Virus record (IMG/VR): IMGVR_UViG_3300037847_004028
Location: 1-50,392 of that record
Length of the DNA stretch: 50,392 nt
Reading direction: 5' to 3' (one strand)
From: a virus
Lineage: Duplodnaviria > Caudoviricetes
Positions 1 to 11,100 of the stretch are shown here, one piece after another. Both the position numbers and the translations under genes were made by a program. Under the pieces are notes generated by a model that worked only from the letters and a program-made list of their open reading frames with translations, was not told the DNA's origin and searched no databases. The stretch's first letter is position 1, and each line of letters begins with the position of its first letter.

Positions 1-1
1 T

Positions 2-99
2 GAACAAGAAGAAGTAAAGATTACAAAAATGCAAGAACAGTTAGAATGGTATGAAACAGAATTAAACTTAAATCCTTTATCTTGGGGTAAAAGAAAAAA
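2..99. repeat. Terminal direct repeat, left copy (circular assembly overlap)
   Basis: 98 nt identical to 50295-50392; base 1 (t) differs from 50294 (a). Confidence 0.95.
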
Positions 100-170
100 G
101 AAAAGAAAGTGATATTGATAAAAAATGTTTACAATTATAATTACTTTATTAATAGAAAATTGCGGAGGAT

Positions 171-254
171 ATGATGAATCCTAATTACTGTGCTGAATGT
201 GGACAACCAATTGAAAATGATGATGGTTGGTTATGTGATAAATGTAAACCATGA
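171..254 (+). CDS. 27-aa zinc-ribbon microprotein
   Basis: GGAGG SD at 164-168; MMNPNYCAECGQPIENDDGWLCDKCKP*; two CxxC pairs; ATGA overlap with the next gene. Confidence 0.6.
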   Translation: MMNPNYCAECGQPIENDDGWLCDKCKP

Positions 255-466
255 AAAATTCAGATGAAATATTAGAAATATGTATAAGAAGTGAAGAGCG
301 TCTTAAAACTATATTTAATAGAGTAAATAGAATCGAAGGTCATTTATCTACACTTAATGGCAAAGTTGCAGAACATGAAAAATTTAAAATACAAATTAAA
401 TCATATTGGATTGTAATTTCAGTACTAACCCCACTATTAATTACTTTATTTATAAACTTTATGTAA
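251..466 (+). CDS. Small coiled-coil protein with C-terminal TM (holin/XhlA-like candidate)
   Basis: Coiled-coil N-terminus, hydrophobic C-terminus WIVISVLTPLLITLFINFM, directly upstream of the endolysin. Confidence 0.55.
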   Translation: MKNSDEILEICIRSEERLKTIFNRVNRIEGHLSTLNGKVAEHEKFKIQIKSYWIVISVLTPLLITLFINFM

Positions 467-508
467 CCCACGATACGCAGTCTCTCTTGATAAATAAAAA
501 GGAGAGTT

Positions 509-982
509 ATGCAAAACATAATTGCAAAAGTAATCGAAAGAGAAGGTGGCGATAAGCTAACTAAAGACCCTTCTGATCCAGGTGGTACAACAAAGTATGG
601 GATAAGTCAGAGAGCAAATCCTGATGTGGATATAGAAAATCTTACATTAGAACAAGCTATAGATATTTATAAAGATAAATATTGGCATCCTTCACGAGCA
701 ATTGATTTTCCAAAACATCTTATGGACATGTATTTTGATATGTGTGTCAACTTTGGTCAATTCAAAGCAGTAAAGATTGTACAGGAAGCAGTTAATCACA
801 AATCTAAAAATACCTTAAAAGTAGATGGTCGTATTGGTCCGAAGACTTTAGCAGCAGTACAAAACCTAGAGTTGAACAGATTAAAATCGTTTAGGGTAAT
901 GCATTATGCAAAAATTTGTATGGCGAATAAAAAATTGATGAAGTATTACTATGGTTGGTTTCGCAGAACAATGCACATATAA
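509..982 (+). CDS. Endolysin, glycoside hydrolase family 108 with peptidoglycan-binding C-terminus
   Basis: EGG...DPSDPGGTTKYGI motif, FDMCVNFG, VDGRIGPKTL, C-terminal GWFRR; AGGAG SD. Confidence 0.92.
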   Translation: MQNIIAKVIEREGGDKLTKDPSDPGGTTKYGISQRANPDVDIENLTLEQAIDIYKDKYWHPSRAIDFPKHLMDMYFDMCVNFGQFKAVKIVQEAVNHKSKNTLKVDGRIGPKTLAAVQNLELNRLKSFRVMHYAKICMANKKLMKYYYGWFRRTMHI

Positions 983-992
983 GGATATATAT

Positions 993-2063
993 ATGGCAAA
1001 TCAAAATACAACGCCTCATATCGTAAAAGATAGTGATGGTCACATTATTGGATGTCCTTTTTGTGGTTCAAGAAACATAAGAAGAGATGGATTTGATTAT
1101 AGAGCAAAATCTAAAAGGCAACGATGGTTTTGCACAGCATGTTTGAAAAAAACACTTACTCCTAAAGTAATAGAAAAAAATCCATTTGTAGTAGAAAAAC
1201 TTGAAACAGAAGATATTCCTGTTGAAGATTTAATAAAACATAGATTAAAACTATATAAGCAAAAACAAGTAGCAAAAGACAGTAGACAACTTGTTAATAT
1301 AGATATAAACATCAATGGACCGATTGGAATTGCACATTTTGGTGACCCGCATGTAGATGATGATGGTACAGATTTATCACAGATCATTGCATATAGTGAC
1401 ATTATAAATGAAACAGAAGGTATGTTTGCTGGTAATCTTGGTGACATACAAAATAACTGGATAGGTAGACTGGCTACATTGTATGGTCAACAATCTACAT
1501 CTGCTAGAGAGTCATGGAAACTTAGTGAATACTTTGTAAATAAGCTTGATTGGCTTTATTTGGTAGCAGGAAACCACGATGTTTGGTCAGGTGATGGTGA
1601 CCCCTTAGAATTTATAATGCGTGACCATAAGGGCTTATATGAGCGTTGGGGTGCTAGAATGAATCTACGTTTTCCAAATGGGAAACAAATTCGTATAAAT
1701 GCTAGACACACTTTTAAAGGCAATAGTATGTGGAATACTGCACATGGTGTTGCTAAAGCAGCACAAATGGGTTGGAAAGACCATATCCTTACATGTGGAC
1801 ATACTCATGTATCAGGTTATCAAGTTTTAAAAGACCCAGCTAGTGGATTAATAAGTCATGCATTGCAAGTTGCATCATTTAAAATACATGATAATTATGC
1901 TGACAAGTTAGGTTTAGATGATAAAAACATATTTAATTGTCCTGTTACAATTATAGACCCACGATATGAAGATGATGATAATAGGTTAATTACTACGTTA
2001 TTTAATCCAATTGTTGCATCAGAGTATCTATCTTTTTTAAGGAAAGATTATAATGGAAAATAA
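993..2063 (+). CDS. Calcineurin-like metallophosphoesterase with N-terminal Zn ribbon
   Basis: Ordered GDPH, LGD, GNHD, RH, GHTH motifs; CPFCGS...QRWFCTAC ribbon; ATG 993 with AAGGA SD preferred over 951. Confidence 0.85.
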   Translation: MANQNTTPHIVKDSDGHIIGCPFCGSRNIRRDGFDYRAKSKRQRWFCTACLKKTLTPKVIEKNPFVVEKLETEDIPVEDLIKHRLKLYKQKQVAKDSRQLVNIDININGPIGIAHFGDPHVDDDGTDLSQIIAYSDIINETEGMFAGNLGDIQNNWIGRLATLYGQQSTSARESWKLSEYFVNKLDWLYLVAGNHDVWSGDGDPLEFIMRDHKGLYERWGARMNLRFPNGKQIRINARHTFKGNSMWNTAHGVAKAAQMGWKDHILTCGHTHVSGYQVLKDPASGLISHALQVASFKIHDNYADKLGLDDKNIFNCPVTIIDPRYEDDDNRLITTLFNPIVASEYLSFLRKDYNGK

Positions 2064-2205
2064 ACCAATTAGATACGAAGAAGCAGATACAGATATGGAA
2101 TTTGAAGTTGATTGGGATGCAGTCTATGGCATGGATCAATGGAGCAGAAAATTAATTAGTGAGGGAAAGTTAAGCCCTCCAATGAAGAAAAAAACAAATG
2201 GCTAA
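2053..2205 (+). CDS. Hypothetical 50-aa protein
   Basis: MENKPIRYEEADTDMEFEVDWDAVYG...TNG*; fills the gap, overlaps both neighbours, AAGGA SD. Confidence 0.55.
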   Translation: MENKPIRYEEADTDMEFEVDWDAVYGMDQWSRKLISEGKLSPPMKKKTNG

Positions 2206-5200
2206 AAATAAAGCATTAGATATAATTGAGTTTGAAGGTGGAATGAATGACCACGCTGATGCAAGAGATATTGAAGATAATCAAGTTGCAATGCTTAAAA
2301 ATCTAATAGCAACTAACAAAGGTGTATTAAAAGTAGGATATACACTTAATAGTTTGTTAGCTGCAAATTATCCTAATATTTCAGATAGTGATATACCTAA
2401 TGGAGATATTCAAGGTGACAATGATGGTAATGTTTCAGGTTTTTATAAAAATATTTATGTATATAAAACTGATTTTAATATTGATAATAATAATGCATTT
2501 ACAGAGTATTTATTATTTGTAAGCAAAAAAAAATTATTTAGGCTAGAAAAAGACCTTAGTAATAATTCTACAACTTGGGAAGAAATATTAAATTTTAATA
2601 CTACTGGTGGTTCATTGCATCCAGCATTAATTATTTTTGATGGAAATATTCGTTTTTCTGATGGTATGTTTGAACTTAATGCAAACAGTCCTAAACTGCC
2701 ATTAACTAAAACTTTATTTTATGGTCAAGTTCGTAGAAAATATTTTACTGCAGTTGAAAATACAGTATCTACAATAACTGGAAATGCTTCTGTAATTAAA
2801 CCAACAGATGGCACTGTTGTTTATAATGATAATATAGAATCGAGTGCTAACAATCCTACTAGAGGTTTTCTTGGATTAGAAATAAATAAAGTAGAATATG
2901 GTCTTATAGATAAAACAACTTTTGGTACTGGTTCTAAACCAACTATATCTGTTAATCCGTCAACTTCTATAATTGGTGAAAACACAGCAGATGTTTTTAC
3001 TGAATATTCAGAAATTGGAGAAATAGATATAGTAACTAATAATAGTAATGTTGCTAATTCTACTATTTTTGATTTACATGGAAATACAAGTTATTCTTTA
3101 AGTGATATAGCACCTTCTAATCCTACTTTAGTAGAATTTGAAAACGTTACTCAAAACACAGGCGAAGATATTACATATTTAGTAATAGGAGATTTGTCAG
3201 CAAGTACAAGTTCATCAGCAGTAGGTTTTATTGTAACTAGAGATGCACAAACATTTGATGGTGTTAATTTTAACACAAATGAAAGAAGTATTCTTATACA
3301 TGGATTTTTTGCGGAAGGTAGTGATCTAACTGTTGATTGGAGCGAAATTAACGCTACTCCTGTAATATATCCAATGGCAGAGGATGGAACTTTAGGTTCT
3401 GCAGTAACAATTACTAGTCAAGATAATAATCAAAATAATTTTGCAATATATCGCTTTACGGATACTACAAATGCAAATAAGTATAAAGTAGTATTAAGTG
3501 CTGGCTCTAATCAAAGAATTCGATTTAGAAACTTACAATTGTTTAATAGTATTGCAACAGTCAGTCCAAGTGCTACTTCTCCAGCAATTTTAGAAATTAC
3601 TGTTGGTGGAACTAACTCAGGTACTCAAGTAAATAGTGCTACATTTAGTATTCATAATGGTTCATCTACTTCTGACCCAGCTTTTAATACAGGATTACAA
3701 TCATTAGATAGGGTAGTTTTTATTAGAATAGCTTTTCCTAAAGGTGCTGATGAAGAAGGTTTTCAACAATATCATCCAGAAAAAATAGAATTATTATTTT
3801 CTGAAAATAATTCTTTTAATAATAATTATAGGGTTTACACTATAGGAAATGATTTTATTTCAAAACATGCTGGTAAAGGCTGGGTTGATATAGTAATTAG
3901 ATTAGATGAAATTGCAGATATACAAGGTACAGCACCTATTGGTTCGTTAGATCATTTACAAATAAAATTATATAAAAATGAAAATCAATCTAGTGTTACA
4001 ACTGCAAGAGCTTATTTTGATATAATAGCTCAAGCAGACGATAGTAGTGGTTCTTGGGATGGGTATTATAAATTTTATTATTCATGGTTGTATGATAATG
4101 CACAAGAATCTTCTTTTTATGAATTTCAAAATCAAGGACAAGGAATATTTTTATCAAATAATCAAATAGAAGTAAAAACATTAATTCGTGAATTAGCAGA
4201 AGCTGATGGATTTGGTTTTGGAGCAAGAGGAAGAAGAATAACTGGTGCTAATATTTATTATGCTGAATTTGATGAAATAAATAATATTCCAAAATATGAA
4301 GACCCATTTAAGTTATTAGAGTGCAATTTTGAAAGAGGTGTTAAAAAACCTATTAGTTCTTCTTTAGAAGTATGGTCATTAGGCACAACTGCAACAGACC
4401 ATTTTACTCATTCTAAAGTAAAATTTATTGATGCTGAAGTATCTTCAACTTTTTCTATAAGCAGTGGTTATTCATATGACCAATTAAATTCAATAAAAGA
4501 ATTAAGATTTAGAACTGCTACAGTATTAAATAGAAGAATTTATTATGGCAATGTAGATATAGTGTGGGAAAAGGCAAATGGTGAAGTTAATTCTAAATAC
4601 AATAGATATGGAGATAGAATATATAAATCCTTATCTAATAAACCAGATATAGTACCTGCAAATAACTTTTTAGAAGTAGATGTTAATGATGGTGATGAAA
4701 TAACTGCATTAGAATCGTATGCAGATAGACTTCTTGTTTATAAAAAAGAAGTTATGTATATCATAAATGCTACAAAAGAATTAGAATATTTAGAAGATAC
4801 TCATAATTATAAAGGTGTTCTTTCAAGTCAATCTGTTGCAAAAACAGATTATGGAATAGCGTGGGCAAATAGAAATGGATGTTATATATATAATGGTGAA
4901 AAAGTAATTGACTTATCTAAAGAAAAAATAAGTAATAGTGTATTGCTTAATTATGTAGGTAATAATCCAATTATTGTATATAACCCACAAGAACAACATA
5001 TTTTAATATCAAATAAAAATACTAATCTTGGTATAATATATGATATAAATAAAAATGCTTTTTCTTTATGTACTAATTTTAATGATGGAGAAATTGGTTC
5101 ATCAAATATTGTTTTTTATAAAAATCAATTAATACAAAGTGCAAAAGAAACTGATAGTACTTTAGTATTTAAAAAATTAGATATTGTTCAAGACAGTACT

Positions 5201-5557
5201 AATACATCAGAAATAGAATTTAAAACAAAAGATTTTTCCTTTAATGAAATAGGAGGAAAAGTAAATATTAAACGAATTTATTTAACTTATAAAGGAACAA
5301 CTTCTACTGATCCTGATAGGTCTATTGTAGTGCGATGTTTATTTAATAAATCTTCAACCCCAGTTAATTTAACGAATGGAACATTAACAACTTCTCCTTC
5401 TGGTTTTACTACAGTTGAATTAATTCCTAATCCAAAATCAGATGGTAAATCTGTTTTTTCTATGCAATTACATATTAGGCAAGGTGATTCTATTGCTTAT
5501 ACAGATTTTGAATTACATGACATATCAATTATATATCAAGAAAAGAGTTTACGATGA
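2198..5557 (+). CDS. Tail nozzle / tail stabilisation protein (P22 gp10 / T7 gp12-like beta-propeller) with insertions
   Basis: N-terminal FEGGMN...N; C-terminal propeller-like DGDEITALESYADRLLVYK, GIAWANRNGCYIYNG, FKTKDF; lies before the ejection proteins. Confidence 0.65.
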   Translation: MAKNKALDIIEFEGGMNDHADARDIEDNQVAMLKNLIATNKGVLKVGYTLNSLLAANYPNISDSDIPNGDIQGDNDGNVSGFYKNIYVYKTDFNIDNNNAFTEYLLFVSKKKLFRLEKDLSNNSTTWEEILNFNTTGGSLHPALIIFDGNIRFSDGMFELNANSPKLPLTKTLFYGQVRRKYFTAVENTVSTITGNASVIKPTDGTVVYNDNIESSANNPTRGFLGLEINKVEYGLIDKTTFGTGSKPTISVNPSTSIIGENTADVFTEYSEIGEIDIVTNNSNVANSTIFDLHGNTSYSLSDIAPSNPTLVEFENVTQNTGEDITYLVIGDLSASTSSSAVGFIVTRDAQTFDGVNFNTNERSILIHGFFAEGSDLTVDWSEINATPVIYPMAEDGTLGSAVTITSQDNNQNNFAIYRFTDTTNANKYKVVLSAGSNQRIRFRNLQLFNSIATVSPSATSPAILEITVGGTNSGTQVNSATFSIHNGSSTSDPAFNTGLQSLDRVVFIRIAFPKGADEEGFQQYHPEKIELLFSENNSFNNNYRVYTIGNDFISKHAGKGWVDIVIRLDEIADIQGTAPIGSLDHLQIKLYKNENQSSVTTARAYFDIIAQADDSSGSWDGYYKFYYSWLYDNAQESSFYEFQNQGQGIFLSNNQIEVKTLIRELAEADGFGFGARGRRITGANIYYAEFDEINNIPKYEDPFKLLECNFERGVKKPISSSLEVWSLGTTATDHFTHSKVKFIDAEVSSTFSISSGYSYDQLNSIKELRFRTATVLNRRIYYGNVDIVWEKANGEVNSKYNRYGDRIYKSLSNKPDIVPANNFLEVDVNDGDEITALESYADRLLVYKKEVMYIINATKELEYLEDTHNYKGVLSSQSVAKTDYGIAWANRNGCYIYNGEKVIDLSKEKISNSVLLNYVGNNPIIVYNPQEQHILISNKNTNLGIIYDINKNAFSLCTNFNDGEIGSSNIVFYKNQLIQSAKETDSTLVFKKLDIVQDSTNTSEIEFKTKDFSFNEIGGKVNIKRIYLTYKGTTSTDPDRSIVVRCLFNKSSTPVNLTNGTLTTSPSGFTTVELIPNPKSDGKSVFSMQLHIRQGDSIAYTDFELHDISIIYQEKSLR

Positions 5558-5721
5558 GTAGAAATAAAAAAATATTAAGAAGCCAAAGACATTTGTCTCA
5601 ACCAAAAATTAATAACATAAATAACAATCCTCAGGAAAACATTGAAATTAGTTCTACTGGACTGCAAAGGACAATTATATACAATGGCAAAAAATATAAA
5701 GTGGATTTAAAGGAAGGTTAA
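5554..5721 (+). CDS. Hypothetical 55-aa virion-module protein
   Basis: ATGA overlap; MSRNKKILRSQRHL...YNGKKYKVDLKEG*. Confidence 0.55.
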   Translation: MSRNKKILRSQRHLSQPKINNINNNPQENIEISSTGLQRTIIYNGKKYKVDLKEG

Positions 5722-5722
5722 T

Positions 5723-6103
5723 ATGGAATATAAAGACATAGCACAAAAAGGTATTTACAAAGCAAAAAGAAGTATTAATAATGCTGAAAGAATTATTAAA
5801 GAAAAAGAACGTAAAGAAAAAAACTTAGAGGATATCAATGCTTTTTTATCATTAAAAAGATTAGAAAATGAAAATTTAAAAGATTTTGAAACTAGACTAA
5901 ATGATATAAAAGCAGATGCAAGTTTTGATAAACTGTTTGAAGATAAAAGTACTAGGTCTGCATATAAAGATGGATTTTTATCTACTAAAGAAGGTTTACA
6001 AATAAAAATAGAAGACATTGAAAAAATACGTCAATTTAGAAAAATGAGTACAAATCCCGTTGTAAAAGAAATAACACAATTATTGTTAAAGGAAGGAAAT
6101 TGA
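5723..6103 (+). CDS. Hypothetical protein (probable ejection-module protein)
   Basis: 126 aa, helical, Cys-free, AAGGAAGG SD. Confidence 0.6.
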   Translation: MEYKDIAQKGIYKAKRSINNAERIIKEKERKEKNLEDINAFLSLKRLENENLKDFETRLNDIKADASFDKLFEDKSTRSAYKDGFLSTKEGLQIKIEDIEKIRQFRKMSTNPVVKEITQLLLKEGN

Positions 6104-6105
6104 TT

Positions 6106-6852
6106 ATGGTTGATTTATACGGAAATAACTTAGAAGAAGAGTTAAAAGATATGGGTTCTCCGTTTAAACAAGAAGGTAATGGAGTAACAGGTGATATGAG
6201 AAATCCAAGTAATCGAAAGTATAATTCTTTATTTGATAATTTTGTTAAAGAAGATGGTAGTTTAGATTATGTATCTACAGGATTAGGAGTTGCACAAGCT
6301 GGTTTAATTACATCTCAAATGTTTGATGGTAGTTATGATAAGACAATCAATAATCTTCAAGACGCATTAGGCAATTTGCAAACTGCTAAATCAAATATAA
6401 GCTCACAATTAAATAAAAATTTAACTGAAGCAAGAAGCGATTTAAGCGATTTAAATACATTAACTAGTCTAAATTTAATGCAACAAAATAAATCTCAGTT
6501 TAGACAACTTGATAATGTAAATAGTGATTTTAATATGGGTAGAATAGAATCAATGAAAGATGATTTGCTTTCTAATATTAATAATAGATTAAAAAATCAA
6601 TTTGAGCAAAATCAAATGAAAACAGAAAAAATATTAGAAAAAAATATAAATGATGCTAAATCTAGTATTACAAAAGTAGATGCTAGTATGGATATGATTA
6701 AGGATGAAATATCACAAGTGAAAGAAGCAAAAGATAATAGATTAAGAAATACTCTTACAGATTTAACTGCTCTTGCTTCTACATATTATGATCCAACAGG
6801 AATATCTGCAGGTATAATAAGAAGTACAAAATTTAAAAATAAATATTCATAG
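6106..6852 (+). CDS. Putative DNA ejection/pilot protein
   Basis: Gly/Ala segment STGLGVAQAGL then a long coiled coil; Cys-free; position after the nozzle. Confidence 0.55.
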   Translation: MVDLYGNNLEEELKDMGSPFKQEGNGVTGDMRNPSNRKYNSLFDNFVKEDGSLDYVSTGLGVAQAGLITSQMFDGSYDKTINNLQDALGNLQTAKSNISSQLNKNLTEARSDLSDLNTLTSLNLMQQNKSQFRQLDNVNSDFNMGRIESMKDDLLSNINNRLKNQFEQNQMKTEKILEKNINDAKSSITKVDASMDMIKDEISQVKEAKDNRLRNTLTDLTALASTYYDPTGISAGIIRSTKFKNKYS

Positions 6853-6860
6853 GAGTTGTT

Positions 6861-8150
6861 ATGAACCTACAAAATATGATACAAAGACAAGTAGGAATTG
6901 AACAAGCTAAAAAAGAAGCTAATAAAGTAGGAAGCGTAACTGCAAATGACGTTATTAATCTTGCTACAACTAGCGATAGGTTATTAAGAGAATCTATTAA
7001 TACTGCTTTTAAAAATGCTCAAGAATTTCCAACATCAGAAAATTTACAAAAACAAATTGAAGATTTATCTACTTTTAAAGAACAAGCTATGTTACCTGCG
7101 ACTAAGATTGCATTTGATATGGGTATTAAGAATTTGCAAGATTATAAATTGATGCAAGAAACAAGAACTAAGAAAGGAATGGAACTTTTTACTAGTGCTA
7201 GAAATCTTGATACAGATGATTTAGAAAGTATTACTTCTTTAAGAAGAGATACCGATAGTGCATTTGCTAATCAATTAATTGGAAATAAACAATATGAAGC
7301 TATACTTGATATAACAGAACCTAAATATAAAGAAGCAGATAGTAGATTAGATTTCGCTAAAGAGTTTGCAGCAGTACAAAGGTTTGATGAAGTATTTGAA
7401 GAAAGTGGTACTCAAGGGGTAAATGAATTAATCTATAAAACATTTACAGAAACTGAAGACCCAAATACACTTACTAGATTAGCACCTTTTGCTAAAAGTT
7501 ATGTTGAAAGTGTTAATGCTAAAATAGAAGCTTTTCAAGAAAATCAAGAAGATGCACAAGAAATGCAAATGTTTACACTTGCATCACAAGCAAAAGAATT
7601 TTACGAAAATATACAACAACAAACACAAGGTGATACAAAAGGTAATCCTATTGCTGGGCAAGGTCATGCAAACAAATATCGCAGTAATTATGTATTAAAA
7701 AATACAAATAAAGGTTCATTTAATGAAAAATACTTTATGAAAGGTGCTGGTGTAGAATCGTTTAATTTTGATGCTTATTATGATGATGCATTACAGACTA
7801 TGAAAGCTTTGTTTATAATTGATGAAAAATTAAACATAAGTAAAAGTGCTAAAAAGAATTTAGATACTATGATGGACAAATCTAATCCAATGCATTTTGA
7901 TGTTGTTAGAAACATGTTAAATAATGCAATTAAAGAAATTGATGCTATTAAAATAGAAGACCCAAAGGATTTTGCATATGATCCATTAAAAGCAACTTTT
8001 GTAGAACTGGGAAAAGTAATTGATTTATATCAAAATAATAGAAAAGCAATGGGTGGTACGGCTCCTGTACAAACAGATACAGGTTCATCATATATGACTC
8101 CATCTTTTCAAGTTCCTGATTATTTAAATAATACAAGTCCACAAGAATAG
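6861..8150 (+). CDS. Putative internal virion/ejection protein
   Basis: 429 aa, helical, Cys-free; AGGAG SD; between the pilot-like gene and the giant protein. Confidence 0.55.
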   Translation: MNLQNMIQRQVGIEQAKKEANKVGSVTANDVINLATTSDRLLRESINTAFKNAQEFPTSENLQKQIEDLSTFKEQAMLPATKIAFDMGIKNLQDYKLMQETRTKKGMELFTSARNLDTDDLESITSLRRDTDSAFANQLIGNKQYEAILDITEPKYKEADSRLDFAKEFAAVQRFDEVFEESGTQGVNELIYKTFTETEDPNTLTRLAPFAKSYVESVNAKIEAFQENQEDAQEMQMFTLASQAKEFYENIQQQTQGDTKGNPIAGQGHANKYRSNYVLKNTNKGSFNEKYFMKGAGVESFNFDAYYDDALQTMKALFIIDEKLNISKSAKKNLDTMMDKSNPMHFDVVRNMLNNAIKEIDAIKIEDPKDFAYDPLKATFVELGKVIDLYQNNRKAMGGTAPVQTDTGSSYMTPSFQVPDYLNNTSPQE

Positions 8151-8158
8151 GATATTAA

Positions 8159-11100
8159 ATGCCACAGTTAGATGCTATATATAGACGAAAAAATAGATTA
8201 GTAGAACAAGTACCTGGCTCTAGTCAAGAAACGTTAGGTGTAGAAACTGCTGAACCAGAAGTAGATGTTATTCGTTTTGACCCTGACTTAGAGTATGGCT
8301 CAGAAAAAAATAAAATATCAGCGTATAAATCATATTTTGATGCAATAAATATGGTATTAAAAAATGAAAAAATACCTCCTGTAAACTTTAATCACCCTAC
8401 AACATTCTTATTAAATAAGACTGAATCAAGTAAAAACCTTGATATGTATAATGTATATCGTGACCAAATGGAAAAAACACTTCGGTCTAATTTTTTGTGG
8501 AATGATAATGTACCATTAAATAAACAAGAACAAACTATAGATGCATGGACAGATGAAATCTATGGTCTTACTAAACATACACAAAAGTTTTTAAATGGAT
8601 ATGATATATCAGAAGATGGTAAAAAAGCTATTTACGAAATAACTAGAAATCAAATACGTAAAACATCTCCTACTATATTTGCATGGGCTGGAGAAGAATA
8701 TAATCAATTTCAAAATTCTAAAAGAGATGGTCTTATTAAAACTAGTAAACAAGCTGAATCATCATTTTATGAAGGGTTAGGTGCATTAGGGATAGAATCT
8801 GTATTGGGAAGAGATGTAAAACAATATGCTGACCAAATGAGATTAGAAGCTGAAAGTATATCAGAAGCACAAGGATATGGTGCTATGACTACAGGAGAGC
8901 TTTTTGGTATAGGTGGTGTTGAAGGTGTTGCTAAAGGTCTTACTAATATTTTATATAATGCATATCAATCTTTACCATATCAAGTTCCAAGTTTAGCTAC
9001 ATCATTAGTAGCAAGAGGTTTAAGTAGTAATCCTTTTACATTTGGTGCTGGTCTTGGTCTTTCTTTAGGTGCTGGTGGTATTATGGAAACTGGTTCATTT
9101 TTATATGAAACGCAAAAAATGTATCATCAGTTAAAATCACAAGCATTTCGTTCAAGAGAAATACTAATGAATCCTGAACATCCTGATTATAACCCAGAGT
9201 TATTTAGAAAATTATTTTCTATAGAAATGAGTGATGGCAGTCGCAAAGCATTAGACTTGGTAACAGATTTAGAAATACGACAAATGTCTGAGGGATTATC
9301 AAGAGTGTATGGTGGTTTAAGTACTGCAGTTGAAGGTTTAAGTTCTTTTGCAGAAAAAAACATATTTGGCAAAATAGGGTCAGGTATGATAAAAGGAATG
9401 AAAAATAATAATAAATCTGCAGTTAAAGCAGTATTTAAAAGTTATTTTAGAAAACCTTTTGTTTCTACATTTCTTGAAGGCGGTACAGAAGCTACTCAAC
9501 AAGGTATTTCCGAAGCATTAAAATATTATAATGTACCTGAATATTCTATTAGTAAAGGAGCAATAGCAGAATCTTTTGCAATAGGTGCAATTTATGGAGC
9601 AAGTTTTTCAGGAGCTGGTGCATTAGGAAGAAAAGCTGTTGATATGTACTCAAACAAAAGAGGTGATTTTAATCTTTCAGAAGAACAAGCATCTAGGTTA
9701 ACACAAACAGATAAAGAACGTAGCAAAATAAGACCATATGATAATGATATTATTCTTGGTACAAACAATGCAGGGTATATAGAACAAATAGCAAAACAAT
9801 ATGATATATCTGCTGATGAAGTAGTGCAAAGACAAAATGATCTTGGTCAAATGGATAAGCTTACTGCTAAAAATAAAAAGATTATTGCTAATGCTAATCC
9901 ACAAATATTTGAAAAATATGGTTGGACAAATATTTACAAAACTTTTGCAAAACAACAAAAGAAAACAGTTGTACAAAAACAAGGAAAAACAGTAAGTAAA
10001 GTTGCTAAGAAAACTCCTTCTAAAAGAATAAGTGGACAACCCGAAATGAGTCCCGAAGCAATTATTCAACAAGCAATGCAGTTTAACTTTGATGATTTAC
10101 CTAGTGGAATGCCATCGCAAATAGACCCTGATGCTCAAGCTGGATTAGATATTTTTGATAACGGTAATGAAATGAATATTGACCTAGTTATTGAACAAGA
10201 ATTAAGGTCACAAATTGAGTTTACAAAAAAGAATACTACGCTTACAAGCAATGAAAAAAGAGTAAAATTAAAAGAATTACAATCAAAGTTAGATAAAGCT
10301 ACACAGTCTCTTAAACAACCAGCTAAAGTAAAAAAGAAAATAAAAAAGAAAGTTGAAATAAAACAAAAAACTAAAGCAGTTGTCAAAAAAACATTACAAA
10401 AACCTGATACAATAGAAGGACTTAAAAGAAAATTAAATTATATAAAAACAAATTATGTAGATAATGTAAAAGATAAAAACAGCGATAATTATAAAACTGC
10501 ATTACAAACAGTTAATGAATACCAAAAAAGACTAGAACAATTAGAAAGTAAAACAAAAAAGAAACCTGTAAAAAAACAACAATTTAGTTCTTTTGACCAA
10601 CCTTTAGAACTTCCAAAGGATATACAATTTAGTGAAAAACCAACAGATTATAATGCTGTAAAAAAAATAAGACCAAAATCAAAAAGTTTGCTTAAAGATT
10701 TTAAAGATAGTAAGAAAAAATCTTTTGATGCATATATGTCTCTTGCACCTAGAGTTATCACTAAACCTGAACTTCGTAAATCTCCTATAACACAAGACAT
10801 TTTAATATTAGAAAATGGTAAAGCAATAGGTGAAATAAAAGCTAATGAAAATGAAAAAGGACTTAGAACAGAAAGTTTAATTCTAGGAAAGGGTAAAAAT
10901 GCAATTATAGTACCAAATGTTGTTAGTGTAAATAATATTAATACTCAATTAGATAAATATATATCACCAAAACAAACAAATGTACCTGAGTCAGACCCTG
11001 ATAAAATAGCAGATAGTGAAAAAAGAACAGGTAGTATGAAGGATATTCAAGCTCTTCTTGCAAAGAAAAAAGGCACTAGTCAATTAAACATTTTTGATAA

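Noticed and set aside
115-141. TTGATA...TATAAT sigma70 promoter before the lysis genes
   Set aside because: Spacer is only 15 nt and the region is extremely AT-rich, so a chance match is likely
993-1160. IS1-like transposase
   Set aside because: Only the Zn ribbon resembles it; no DDE domain or terminal inverted repeats, and it is fused to a phosphoesterase
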